Notes: a model not told the origin generated them from the sequence alone. A DNA stretch of 17,465 bases from a bacterium (GCA_043801585.1 JAZDLX010000012.1:1-17465); one strand, 5' to 3'. Positions 8,069 to 16,333 are shown, counted from the first letter of the stretch. Numbers and translations are program-made.

Positions 8069-9904
8069 TTATTCTCCCAGTCCCGGCAGCGTGGCGATGC
8101 GCCCTTCGTTCTGGACTTTCAGCCAATCGTAGAGCGGTTGGAAGTAATCGAGCATCGCTTTTGCCGAAAGTTCACTGCCGGTTTTCTCAATCAACATCGA
8201 GCGCCAGTCGCCGGTCGCACCTTTGTCAAGGATCGACCAGAGGAATTCTCCAACGTCCTTACGGCCGTAATAGTCCGTGGCATGAGGATCTTCCTGCAGA
8301 ATGTTCTGTGCAATGTAAACGTGAAGCTGGTAGAGAAGAATGTAGGAGATTGCATAATCGTAGTACGCCGCCGGATCGTCGGTAATGTGCGTTTTCGATC
8401 CCGCGTCGCAGTACTCTTCGCCCCGTGTCCCTTCCGGTGGCACGATTCCCTGATAGAGTGTCTTGTACTTCCACCAGCGTGCATTGTATTCGTCCGGCGA
8501 AAGAGGTTCGGAGTAAAGGTCCTTTTCGTAGTGTGTCATCACTCCGCTGGACCATGGGATAAAGACGACCCCACTGAGCGCTTCACGGAGCAACGGCTGA
8601 ATCGGATCCACCCTGGCGCTCGAGTCGATCAGTCCGACATGCTCGAGGTACGGAGCCTGCATCGAAGCGAGACCGGAGAGGCTTCCTGTCGCTTCGTGGT
8701 ATGCCCGATTCGCTCCTCTTCGAAGCAGGGGAGGCACGTTCGGATTCGAGTAGGCGAGGTAGTAGTAAATGTGTCCGAGCTCATGGTGCGCGGTTTCCCA
8801 CCATTCGGCGTTCGGGATAACGCTCATCAGGCTGCGGACGTCGTTGTCGAGATCGATATGCCAGGCCGAAGCATGGTTGTTCTTCTTGTACGGTGCATCC
8901 GTGGGTAACGGATAGAGTGATGATAGTTCCCAAAAGGATTCCGGTAGTTTCGGATAGCCAAGACTGACGTAGAATTTCTCCGCCGTCTGAACCACAAACT
9001 CCGCACTGCTGTCCGCCAGCGCCTGGTCAAGGTCCATTCCCTCGACCGTGATCAGCGGCGACCAGTCCTGTCCCCAGCGATTCGGAAGCCAATCCGCCGG
9101 GAGCTGATCAGGAACTGGCTGGCCGAACCTTTCCGCTAGGGTGTACCGTGCCCAGGTGTGCAATTCTCGGTAGAGTGGGCGGAGCTCCTGGTTGAAACGG
9201 TCAACCATGCCGGTGAGTTCTTCGGGCGTCATTCCGTATTCGCTGACCATGTACTGGAAGTAATTGTCGTAACCCAGGGCTTGAACGGTCGCGTTTCTCA
9301 GGCGAACCAGGTCAACAAGTCCCGGTTTGATCGCTACCCCGACCTGCTTGGAGGTCTCCCAGGCTTTGTGCCTGCGGTCCAGGTTGTTCCTTTCAAATTT
9401 CAGGATATCGTCGATCTCGTTGGTCGAAACCGGTTTTCCGTCAATGCGGAAATCGAAACCGTATAGCACCTCATTCTGAGCCGTCTCGGCGGCGATCCGT
9501 TGACGCACAAGGTCGGGAACTGTCGCCGGGTTGTTCGCGGCAAGGCGTAAAATCACCTCGAATTGACGGACCTGTATGGATGTCAACTCGTCCGCGTGGT
9601 CGAGGTACTTACGCGCCGTCTCGATGTTCGTTGTCGAACCGGTAAAAACTGCGAGGGCTTCCGCAGCTTCCTTTGCCCGAGCGGAGCGTGTCGTATCTTC
9701 CGCCTCGATGTGAATGTTGGATTCCCACTGAGTCATCTCATCAGCGGCGTAAAGCTGGAGATACTGATCCGTATAACTGTCGAGGAACTGTTGCGCCTGT
9801 TCCGTGACGGGAATCTTTTGCGTGTTCTTTGTGCTGGAAGCGCAGGATGTGATGGACAGTGAGGTGACCATCAGGAGTCCTGCAAGCAGGAATACTCGTT
9901 TCAT
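8069..9904 (-). CDS. M2-family metallopeptidase (angiotensin-converting-enzyme-like peptidyl-dipeptidase), probable lipoprotein
   Basis: 611 aa with lipobox-like LSITSC. ACE hallmarks HASAWH, HHELGHIYY, LRRGANRAYHEATG, YNARWW..K..YQGIVPP and DAGSKTHI. AGGAG RBS. Confidence 0.93.
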   Translation of the reverse strand: MKRVFLLAGLLMVTSLSITSCASSTKNTQKIPVTEQAQQFLDSYTDQYLQLYAADEMTQWESNIHIEAEDTTRSARAKEAAEALAVFTGSTTNIETARKYLDHADELTSIQVRQFEVILRLAANNPATVPDLVRQRIAAETAQNEVLYGFDFRIDGKPVSTNEIDDILKFERNNLDRRHKAWETSKQVGVAIKPGLVDLVRLRNATVQALGYDNYFQYMVSEYGMTPEELTGMVDRFNQELRPLYRELHTWARYTLAERFGQPVPDQLPADWLPNRWGQDWSPLITVEGMDLDQALADSSAEFVVQTAEKFYVSLGYPKLPESFWELSSLYPLPTDAPYKKNNHASAWHIDLDNDVRSLMSVIPNAEWWETAHHELGHIYYYLAYSNPNVPPLLRRGANRAYHEATGSLSGLASMQAPYLEHVGLIDSSARVDPIQPLLREALSGVVFIPWSSGVMTHYEKDLYSEPLSPDEYNARWWKYKTLYQGIVPPEGTRGEEYCDAGSKTHITDDPAAYYDYAISYILLYQLHVYIAQNILQEDPHATDYYGRKDVGEFLWSILDKGATGDWRSMLIEKTGSELSAKAMLDYFQPLYDWLKVQNEGRIATLPGLGE

Positions 9905-10060
9905 CGTCGCTAACTCCTGTCAATTTCCCCCAGGCGTCAGGTCCTGAGGTATGAACGGCTCTTAAGAAAATCAAGATGTTTCAAGGGTGTGTACGAGTCA
10001 AGCCGATTTGCCACAGGCGGGAGGGACAGAGCGTAAAGTTGGTGAGATCGCCGACGGCGG

Positions 10061-10089
10061 TTGTAGCTGCGGTGATACGTATGTAAGCT
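10061..10089 (+). promoter_or_regulatory. Possible sigma70-type promoter of the histidine kinase
   Basis: TTGTAG (10061-10066), 17-nt spacer, TAAGCT (10084-10089). Confidence 0.3.
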
Positions 10090-10117
10090 TCGCTTGTGTG
10101 TATATTTGAGGATGAAA

Positions 10118-11608
10118 ATGATGAGACTCGAAGACCTGAGTGCACGGGTCGCCGATCATATTGCGGATGGCATTGTCCTCGAAAACTCAGAGGGCATCAT
10201 CCTCTATGTCAATCCTGCGCTTGAAAAACTTCTTGCTTATCAAGCCGGTGAACTGATCAACCGTCACTGGACGACCATTGTTCCTGACGATCAACGAATT
10301 CTCGTCGAATCCGCGAATGTCCGCCGACTGCAAGGGGAAACCGACCGCTACGAGATGGAACTCCTCCACCGGGACGGCAATCGTATCCTCGTGCTTATCA
10401 CCGGAACGCCGTACGCGTTTGAAGAGGGCACGATCGGGATGCTCAGCGTCATCACGGATATATCAGCGTTGCGGGCGGCCGAGAAGGAAGTCGAACGGCT
10501 AAGAGCATTTTACGGCAACCTTGTCGATGCCATGGCAGATGGCGTTGTCGTTGAAGACAGCTCCGGGCATTTCACCTTCGTCAATCCGGCGATGGCAAAA
10601 TTGTTGGGTACGACACCTGAAAAACTGATCGGAACACATTGGACGAATACGATCGATGTGGGACAGGAACGTGTTGTACGCGATGCGATCAAACGCAGGA
10701 AAGGCGGCCACACGGAAGTCTACGAATTGACGCTGAAACGTCAGGATGGCAAATCTGTCACCGGACTCGTCACAGCGCAACCGTTTCAATTCAATGAAGA
10801 AGAAAAGGAGATGGGAGTACTCAGTGTTTTCCGGGACATCACTGAGCTTCGCACGGAGCAGGAGGAAAAACGGCATCTCTCTGAACAGTTCCTGGCTTCG
10901 CAGAAAATGGAGACCATCGGACGGCTGGCAGGAGGAGTCGCCCACGACTTCAACAACCTGCTGTCAATCATCAAGGGTCAGGCGGACATGGCGATCATGA
11001 CCATGTCGCTGGATGAACCGGTAAAGGCGAGTTTTGACCGCATCCTGAAAACCGTTCGACGAGCTTCGGATCTTGTGCGGCAGTTGCTGATGTTCAGCCG
11101 CCGCCAATATCACGATCCTCGCCCGCTTGTTCTGGACACTCTGCTCGCGGATATGGAAAGGCTGTTGCGGCCGATCATTCTCACAGGAGTAAACCTGCAA
11201 GTCGAGAAGGGTGAGACTCTCTGGGAAATCAAAGCGGATCCCGGGCAAATCGAGCATGCCGTGGTCAACCTGGCTGTCAACGCAAACGACGCCATGCCGC
11301 ATGGAGGAATCCTGACACTCAAGGCTTCCAATCAGATACTGGACAAGGAGTTTATCCGTGACCATCCGATGGTTGTTCCAGGTGAATACGTTCTTCTGAT
11401 GGTCAGCGATACCGGTATCGGGATGACCAAAGAGGTCCTGGCAAAAGTTTTCGATCCTTTCTTCACGACCAAGGAGGAGGGGAAAGGGACGGGTCTGGGG
11501 TTGTCAAGTGTTTACGGAATTGTCAAGCAACACGATGGCTATATTTTTGTTGACAGTACACCCAACGAAGGGACCACCTTCCGCATCTACTTCCCGAGGG
11601 CAAGCTAA
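10118..11608 (+). CDS. Cytoplasmic PAS-PAS sensor histidine kinase (HisKA + HATPase), no receiver domain
   Basis: Two PAS/PAC repeats (YVNPALEKLL...ITDIS; FVNPAMAKLL...FRDITE). H-box GRLAGGVAHDFNNLL, N-box NLAVNANDAM, G-boxes DTGIGM, FDPFFTTK and GTGLGL. Start is among ATGs 10112/10118/10121, with GAGGA at 10108-10112. Confidence 0.93.
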   Translation: MMRLEDLSARVADHIADGIVLENSEGIILYVNPALEKLLAYQAGELINRHWTTIVPDDQRILVESANVRRLQGETDRYEMELLHRDGNRILVLITGTPYAFEEGTIGMLSVITDISALRAAEKEVERLRAFYGNLVDAMADGVVVEDSSGHFTFVNPAMAKLLGTTPEKLIGTHWTNTIDVGQERVVRDAIKRRKGGHTEVYELTLKRQDGKSVTGLVTAQPFQFNEEEKEMGVLSVFRDITELRTEQEEKRHLSEQFLASQKMETIGRLAGGVAHDFNNLLSIIKGQADMAIMTMSLDEPVKASFDRILKTVRRASDLVRQLLMFSRRQYHDPRPLVLDTLLADMERLLRPIILTGVNLQVEKGETLWEIKADPGQIEHAVVNLAVNANDAMPHGGILTLKASNQILDKEFIRDHPMVVPGEYVLLMVSDTGIGMTKEVLAKVFDPFFTTKEEGKGTGLGLSSVYGIVKQHDGYIFVDSTPNEGTTFRIYFPRAS

Positions 11609-11643
11609 CACCTTTTTAATCAATAAATTAAAGAGATAGCGAT

Positions 11644-11665
11644 AATCGGATGGTTTTATCCGATT
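11644..11665. terminator. Stem-loop between the convergent kinase and SprT-like genes
   Basis: aatcggat-ggtttt-atccgatt in an AT-rich 56-nt gap. Confidence 0.4.
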
Positions 11666-12378
11666 TAATGGGTTTTATGCCTTCTGCCGCGATAAATCAA
11701 CGACACATGTGACTTCAGCCATTTTTCGGAGCGTCCGAAGTCCGGGTTGACCTGTTCCGCTTTGCGGAATGCCGCATCATGGGGCCGCGGCATCCCGGGA
11801 GACTGCAACGCATGCAGCATTTCGTGGTGAATGATGGAACGGAGGACAAATTCGGGTACCCGTTCATCATCAAGAACAGGATGGATGATGATCAGATGGG
11901 CGTCGTGCTGATAGCTTCCGAGACGCCGGTGCCGCACACTTCGTCCCGACATATCTCGGCCCCAGCTGATCCGGACGTCCAGCGAATCCCCGAAAAATCG
12001 CCTGTTCACGCGATTCGCCAATAAATTCAGATTGTAAACACATCCCTCGGGACGAATGACGAAGCCTGCGCGGGCGGGGGTCGGAGAATCCGGGATGCTC
12101 CGGATGAAGTCCTGTATCGGTTTTGGGACTCCATTTCGGGGTTTCTTGATCCAAAAGGCCAATGCGTCGATCAGGTCGGGTGGAGCGTTGAGGAATTGCT
12201 GGTGCAGGCGTATCGAGATGCTGCCCCGCTTCCACAGGAAGGAGGCCATGCTGGTGCGGTTCCGGGTCAGAGTGATCGAAACGGGTCTGGCGACCCGGCT
12301 GGATAGTTCAACTTCCAGATCCTCGGGACCCCACGCCGGAAAAGGTAAAAACAGCGTATCGTTGGGCTGGTCTTTCAT
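11665..12378 (-). CDS. SprT-like / M48-like HEXXH zinc-binding protein (putative metalloprotease)
   Basis: 237 aa. VNRRFF...ISWG....RRLGSY....IIIHPVLD...VPEFVL..IIHHEMLH...HDAAFR gives HEXXH plus a downstream His. The start codon is uncertain. Confidence 0.75.
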   Translation of the reverse strand: MKDQPNDTLFLPFPAWGPEDLEVELSSRVARPVSITLTRNRTSMASFLWKRGSISIRLHQQFLNAPPDLIDALAFWIKKPRNGVPKPIQDFIRSIPDSPTPARAGFVIRPEGCVYNLNLLANRVNRRFFGDSLDVRISWGRDMSGRSVRHRRLGSYQHDAHLIIIHPVLDDERVPEFVLRSIIHHEMLHALQSPGMPRPHDAAFRKAEQVNPDFGRSEKWLKSHVSLIYRGRRHKTH

Positions 12379-12524
12379 GACGGAAAATTAGCAGTTTGAT
12401 CGGAGATCGTCAACAGGTTCGGAACACCCGGAGGGGCATCTCCACGGAGAGGCTCCCTGAAATCGGGGAGTTCTGCAATGGAGGCGGGGAAAAAGCGTGA
12501 CATCATGGGGGAGAAAGGACGGGT

Positions 12525-13079
12525 ATGAAATCTCCAGTTCATGCGTGGCCGTGGTTGCCTCTCGCCCTCGGGGTTGTGATCGGGGTGGTGATCCTCGTCG
12601 TTTTCGCGAGGGGACAGGTCTCCGGCGGAACGAAGAATCAGGACGAGGAGAAGGGGATGAAAGAGGATACCAGCCAGGTGTTCAGCACGGTGAGCGAGGA
12701 GCAGTGGCGCCAGCGGCTGACCTCTCAGCAGTTCCGAGTTCTTCGCCAGAAGGGAACAGAGCGAGCATTTACCGGGGAATACTGGAACACTCATACTCGT
12801 GGAGTGTACCGTTGCGCTGCCTGCGGTCAGGAGCTTTTCGACAGCGTTGATAAGTACGAATCCGGAACCGGTTGGCCGAGTTTCACGCGTCCGATTCATG
12901 ATGGAGCGGTTGCCTTTGAAAACGATCGCAGTCTCTGGGAGGTGCGAACGGAAGTCCACTGTCCTCGATGTGGCGGACATCTTGGGCATGTTTTCGATGA
13001 CGGTCCCGCTCCTGCCGGGAAACGGTACTGCATGAATTCCGTTTCGCTGAAACTGGACACTGCAGCGACTGTAGAATAG
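12525..13079 (+). CDS. msrB: Peptide-methionine (R)-S-oxide reductase with an N-terminal membrane anchor
   Basis: LRQKGTERAFTGEY, zinc pairs CAAC and CPRC, SGTGWPSF, GHLGHVFDDGP and catalytic RYCMNS. N-terminal hydrophobic stretch LPLALGVVIGVVILVVFA. AAAGGA RBS. Confidence 0.95.
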   Translation: MKSPVHAWPWLPLALGVVIGVVILVVFARGQVSGGTKNQDEEKGMKEDTSQVFSTVSEEQWRQRLTSQQFRVLRQKGTERAFTGEYWNTHTRGVYRCAACGQELFDSVDKYESGTGWPSFTRPIHDGAVAFENDRSLWEVRTEVHCPRCGGHLGHVFDDGPAPAGKRYCMNSVSLKLDTAATVE

Positions 13080-13397
13080 CAAACATCCCGGAGGTAACGG
13101 GAGTATTCACCTCTTCCCCGGGATAAAAGCGAGTCCTGAATTGGTACGGCGCCGGAAAGACCATCAATATGTTGTTTCTCCCGAACCGGCAGCGGGATCC
13201 AGCCGCTTCAGCCCCCGTACACCTCTTCGATCCCGGGAAATTCTTTTGTGATGCCGGGTTTCTCCTGGCAACATTGCACCCAAGGATCAATCGTTTCATC
13301 ATCGCGAGAGTCCTAACAGTGAGAACCGGTTGTGCCAGATCAGAAAAGATCAAGGGGAGCCTCAGAGGTTGTAAGTTTCTGGAGATGCGAAAAGCGC

Positions 13398-13426
13398 TTG
13401 CATCTACTTGCTCGGGCAAGTAGAAT
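13398..13426 (+). promoter_or_regulatory. Sigma70 promoter of the MarR gene with an overlapping palindromic operator
   Basis: TTGCAT (13398-13403), 17-nt spacer, TAGAAT (13421-13426). Inverted repeat TCTACTTGC-tcgg-GCAAGTAGA (13403-13424) fills the spacer. Confidence 0.8.
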
Positions 13427-13467
13427 GTGGAAGCTAAAAATTCCAAATGGGAGGTCTTGTGTTTCTG

Positions 13468-13923
13468 ATGGAAGAGAGCATCAGTTTCATGATCAGCCGA
13501 CTTGCAAATGCCATGCGTCTTGAGCTCGAGAGGAGACTCGCTCCTTTCGGCGTAACTGCACAGCAATGGACCGTATTAATGCTTTGCCACCAGAATGGCG
13601 CAATCACTCCTTCGTACCTGGCGGAGGCGCTGGGCGTGGACGGTTCAGCTGTCACCCGTCTACTGGATCGATTGGAGAAAAAGAACTTTGTTCGCAGGAC
13701 GGTCAATCCGACCGATCGAAGATCGGTACAGGTTGAACTTCTTGATGAAGGGCGGCGTCTTGCGATGACCCTGCCCCCTCTCGATGCAGAAGTGGCGGAT
13801 CAATTCCTCAACGGCCTTTCCGGCCGTGAAGAGGCTCAGTTGAAGCTGATCCTTCGCAGCATGATGCGAAATACGGAAGAACCATCAGGCGTGAAGCCCC
13901 AGGTTGACGGTCCGCTTTATTAA
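13468..13923 (+). CDS. MarR-family transcriptional regulator
   Basis: Winged HTH: LAPFGVTAQQWTVL...ITPSYLAEALGVDGSAVTRLLDRLEKKNFVRR..NPTDRRSV.V.L..EG. Alternative starts are ATG 13447 and GTG 13459. Confidence 0.93.
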   Translation: MEESISFMISRLANAMRLELERRLAPFGVTAQQWTVLMLCHQNGAITPSYLAEALGVDGSAVTRLLDRLEKKNFVRRTVNPTDRRSVQVELLDEGRRLAMTLPPLDAEVADQFLNGLSGREEAQLKLILRSMMRNTEEPSGVKPQVDGPLY

Positions 13924-13953
13924 TCGAGTGTGAGAAACCCTCGTTCGATCCTG

Positions 13954-13977
13954 AAAAGTCCCGGTGGGGACTTTTTT
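13954..13977 (+). terminator. Rho-independent terminator after the MarR gene
   Basis: aaaagtccc-ggtg-gggacttttttc: a stem followed by a T6 tract, with A4 on the other side (possibly bidirectional). Confidence 0.75.
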
Positions 13978-14226
13978 CATTTGGTGCTGCAGGTCACATC
14001 CGTCGTTCTTTTTCTGAGCGAACTTTCTAAAAGTTCCATGGTTTCCCGATCATTCAGTAAGGGGGAGCCATCGGTTAGAACATCGTGCAAACGTTGTTTT
14101 CGTGTCGTGTGTGAGGAACCGAGACACTATATTAAGCGGAGATCTCCGGAGTGGGAAGTGTGCCGGAGGACTTTACAGGACTGTACTTAAACCACGGGCA
14201 ACCCAGGACGAGAAGGGGGAGATGCC

Positions 14227-16314
14227 ATGAGAGGGCTTCCGAGGTTTTTCTGGCTGGTGTGGGGTCTTCTGATTTCCATGTCAGTCATATCGACAGCACG
14301 TGCGGCCAATGAGTCGATTGCGATCGCACTGACCGTACGTGGGGCTGCGGAGGTGAAGCAGGGAGTGGAAGAATGGATCCCGCTCGCCTTCGGAGCTGTA
14401 CTGAATGACAGCGACCAGGTACGTACCGGAGAGAATGGATTCATCGCACTGGCATTCACCGATGATGGCTCGCAGATCAAACTGCGGCCCAACACCTCTG
14501 TGACCGTCACGGCAGTACGCAGCGAAAATCTTGCGCTGTCCAAGAAGGTCGCCATTCAGGTGGGTGAACTCCTCTCCGAGGTGAAGAAGCAGAAGGGGTC
14601 GATGGAGGTCAACACCCCCACCTCGGTTGCTTCGGTCAAGGGAACCGAATTCTGGACCATGGTTGACCCGTCCGGCGGAACGACTGTGATCACCCTGGAA
14701 GGTCTCATAGAACTGTACAACCTGGTCAGTGGAACGTCGGTTCAGGTTCCTGTAGGTCAATACGCGACGTCGAGCGCCTCCGGGCGTATCAGTGCTCGCC
14801 CGATGAGCCCGGCGATTCAAGTCCCGACGTGGAACCCAGAGGAACAGCAACCACCTCAGCAGCCTGAGGAACAGCAACCCCAGGAAGAGCAACAACAGCC
14901 GAGTGCTGAGCCTGAAGGCTCGGGCGGTGGCGGTGGTGGTGGCGGCGGTCTCGGGATCGGTGGAGCCGTGGGTTCCACGATTCTCGAGGACGGCAGGAAC
15001 TACCAGTACATAAGTCTTCGGCCCGACGTTTCCATCTGGCGTTTTGGGATCGGTCTTGATCTGCCACTCTATTTCGACCCGAAAGGTGGTATTCGTAACG
15101 ACGAGTGGGATTTCAAGACAATTGATGATGTCGTCAACAAGATCTTCTACCTGCGCTACAACAAGCCCGGCGATCGCACCTATGTCCGTGTGGGAGCGTT
15201 GCAGAACATCACGCTCGGCTACGGCTTGATCATGCGCGATTATTCCAACGCCATCGAATGGCCGAAGGTGCGGCGACCCGGTGTGCACTTCCAGCAGAAG
15301 ATCGGCGCGTTCGGGATCGAGGGAATGACCAACAACCTGAACGAGCTCAGTCCGGCCAACGGAATGCAGGGACCTGGTGTTGTAGGGTTGCGTGGTACGT
15401 TTGAAATGAAGCTTGGGCTTCCGATTATCTTCGGTGCCACGGCGGTCTATGATGGCAACCAGTACCTTGGCATCCAGGACCAGGACGGCGACGGCGTTCC
15501 CAACCAGTTCGATATCTTCGAGGGCGATGACAAGGTTAAGATTGAGGAAGCCAGGAACCAATTCCTCATTCCGGGAACAACTGAATTGGATACCGCCGCA
15601 ATCCGGAACCTGATCGCAATTGGAGCGTTGAAGGACATTCTGGCTCCGTCGATGGACTTTAAGAACAGGAAGGCAAGCGCGTTTGTCATGGGTGTGGATG
15701 TCGGCGTACCGTTGATTCGCCGCGAGAAAATGCAACTCTGGCTCTATGGCCAGGCGGCTCAGATCGCCGATTACGGCATGGGTATCTCCGCGCCTGGCTT
15801 GAAGTTCAGACTGGGGCCAGTTTCCCTTGGAGCCGAGTACCGTATCTTCGGCAAGGAGTTCATGCCGGAATTCTTCAACTACAGCTACGAAATCGACCGT
15901 GTAGCCTGGGTTGAAGGTGCGGACAGCTCCTACTACATGAAAAAGACAAGTCGGCTTAACAGCCTGAAATCCGCTTCCGGATACTTCGTGGATGCCGGGA
16001 TCGCTCTCGGGAACCTGTTCAATCTCTATGCCTCCTACCAGGCCATGGATTACGGCGCGGGATTCCCAAGCAAGAACCTCTTCGGAAGTGCTTCGCTTAA
16101 TCCCAAGCTGGTTCCCAAGCTCGGTCTCGCCGAAGCGTACTACTTCCAGCCAAACGCGGACAAGCTGTTTGAATCGACAGACGGCACCGTCGCAGGATAC
16201 CGTATTGGGTTTGAAATGGGCGGCGGATTCATGCTCGTGATGGACAACAAATCCATCTACCGCAACGGCGTCTGGGAGAAGGTGATGACGGTCGAAACGC
16301 AGTTCAAGTTCTGA
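14227..16314 (+). CDS. Secreted FecR-domain protein with a low-complexity linker and a probable C-terminal outer-membrane beta-barrel
   Basis: 695 aa with a signal peptide ending ARA/ANE. FecR-like D.VRTG..G...L.F.DGS.I.L.PNT and VNTPTSVASVKGTEF...VITLEG.I. P/Q/E-rich plus Gly9 linker. The C-terminal ~450 aa have alternating amphipathic strands and end VETQFKF. GGAG RBS. Confidence 0.8.
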   Translation: MRGLPRFFWLVWGLLISMSVISTARAANESIAIALTVRGAAEVKQGVEEWIPLAFGAVLNDSDQVRTGENGFIALAFTDDGSQIKLRPNTSVTVTAVRSENLALSKKVAIQVGELLSEVKKQKGSMEVNTPTSVASVKGTEFWTMVDPSGGTTVITLEGLIELYNLVSGTSVQVPVGQYATSSASGRISARPMSPAIQVPTWNPEEQQPPQQPEEQQPQEEQQQPSAEPEGSGGGGGGGGGLGIGGAVGSTILEDGRNYQYISLRPDVSIWRFGIGLDLPLYFDPKGGIRNDEWDFKTIDDVVNKIFYLRYNKPGDRTYVRVGALQNITLGYGLIMRDYSNAIEWPKVRRPGVHFQQKIGAFGIEGMTNNLNELSPANGMQGPGVVGLRGTFEMKLGLPIIFGATAVYDGNQYLGIQDQDGDGVPNQFDIFEGDDKVKIEEARNQFLIPGTTELDTAAIRNLIAIGALKDILAPSMDFKNRKASAFVMGVDVGVPLIRREKMQLWLYGQAAQIADYGMGISAPGLKFRLGPVSLGAEYRIFGKEFMPEFFNYSYEIDRVAWVEGADSSYYMKKTSRLNSLKSASGYFVDAGIALGNLFNLYASYQAMDYGAGFPSKNLFGSASLNPKLVPKLGLAEAYYFQPNADKLFESTDGTVAGYRIGFEMGGGFMLVMDNKSIYRNGVWEKVMTVETQFKF

Positions 16315-16333
16315 GATCATCAGCAATCAATTC

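Noticed and set aside
7889..8908. 339-aa plus-strand ORF and similar long ORFs antisense to the M16, M2 and permease genes
   Set aside because: Antisense shadows of well-supported genes, with no motifs.
421..9943. Shared 11-mer GACCTGACGCC at 421-431 and 9933-9943 (minus strand) as a regulatory motif
   Set aside because: One 11-bp match among a few kb of intergenic DNA is expected by chance, and the positions relative to start codons differ.
13024..13041. Selenocysteine in MsrB
   Set aside because: The catalytic codon is TGC (Cys) and there is no in-frame TGA.
12883..13566. 227-aa minus-strand ORF as a divergent MarR target
   Set aside because: It overlaps both msrB and the MarR gene antisense and has no protein-like motifs.
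14281..16326. 681-aa antisense ORF overlapping the FecR fusion gene
   Set aside because: It mirrors the real gene codon for codon and has no recognisable motifs. This is a typical antisense shadow from codon bias.
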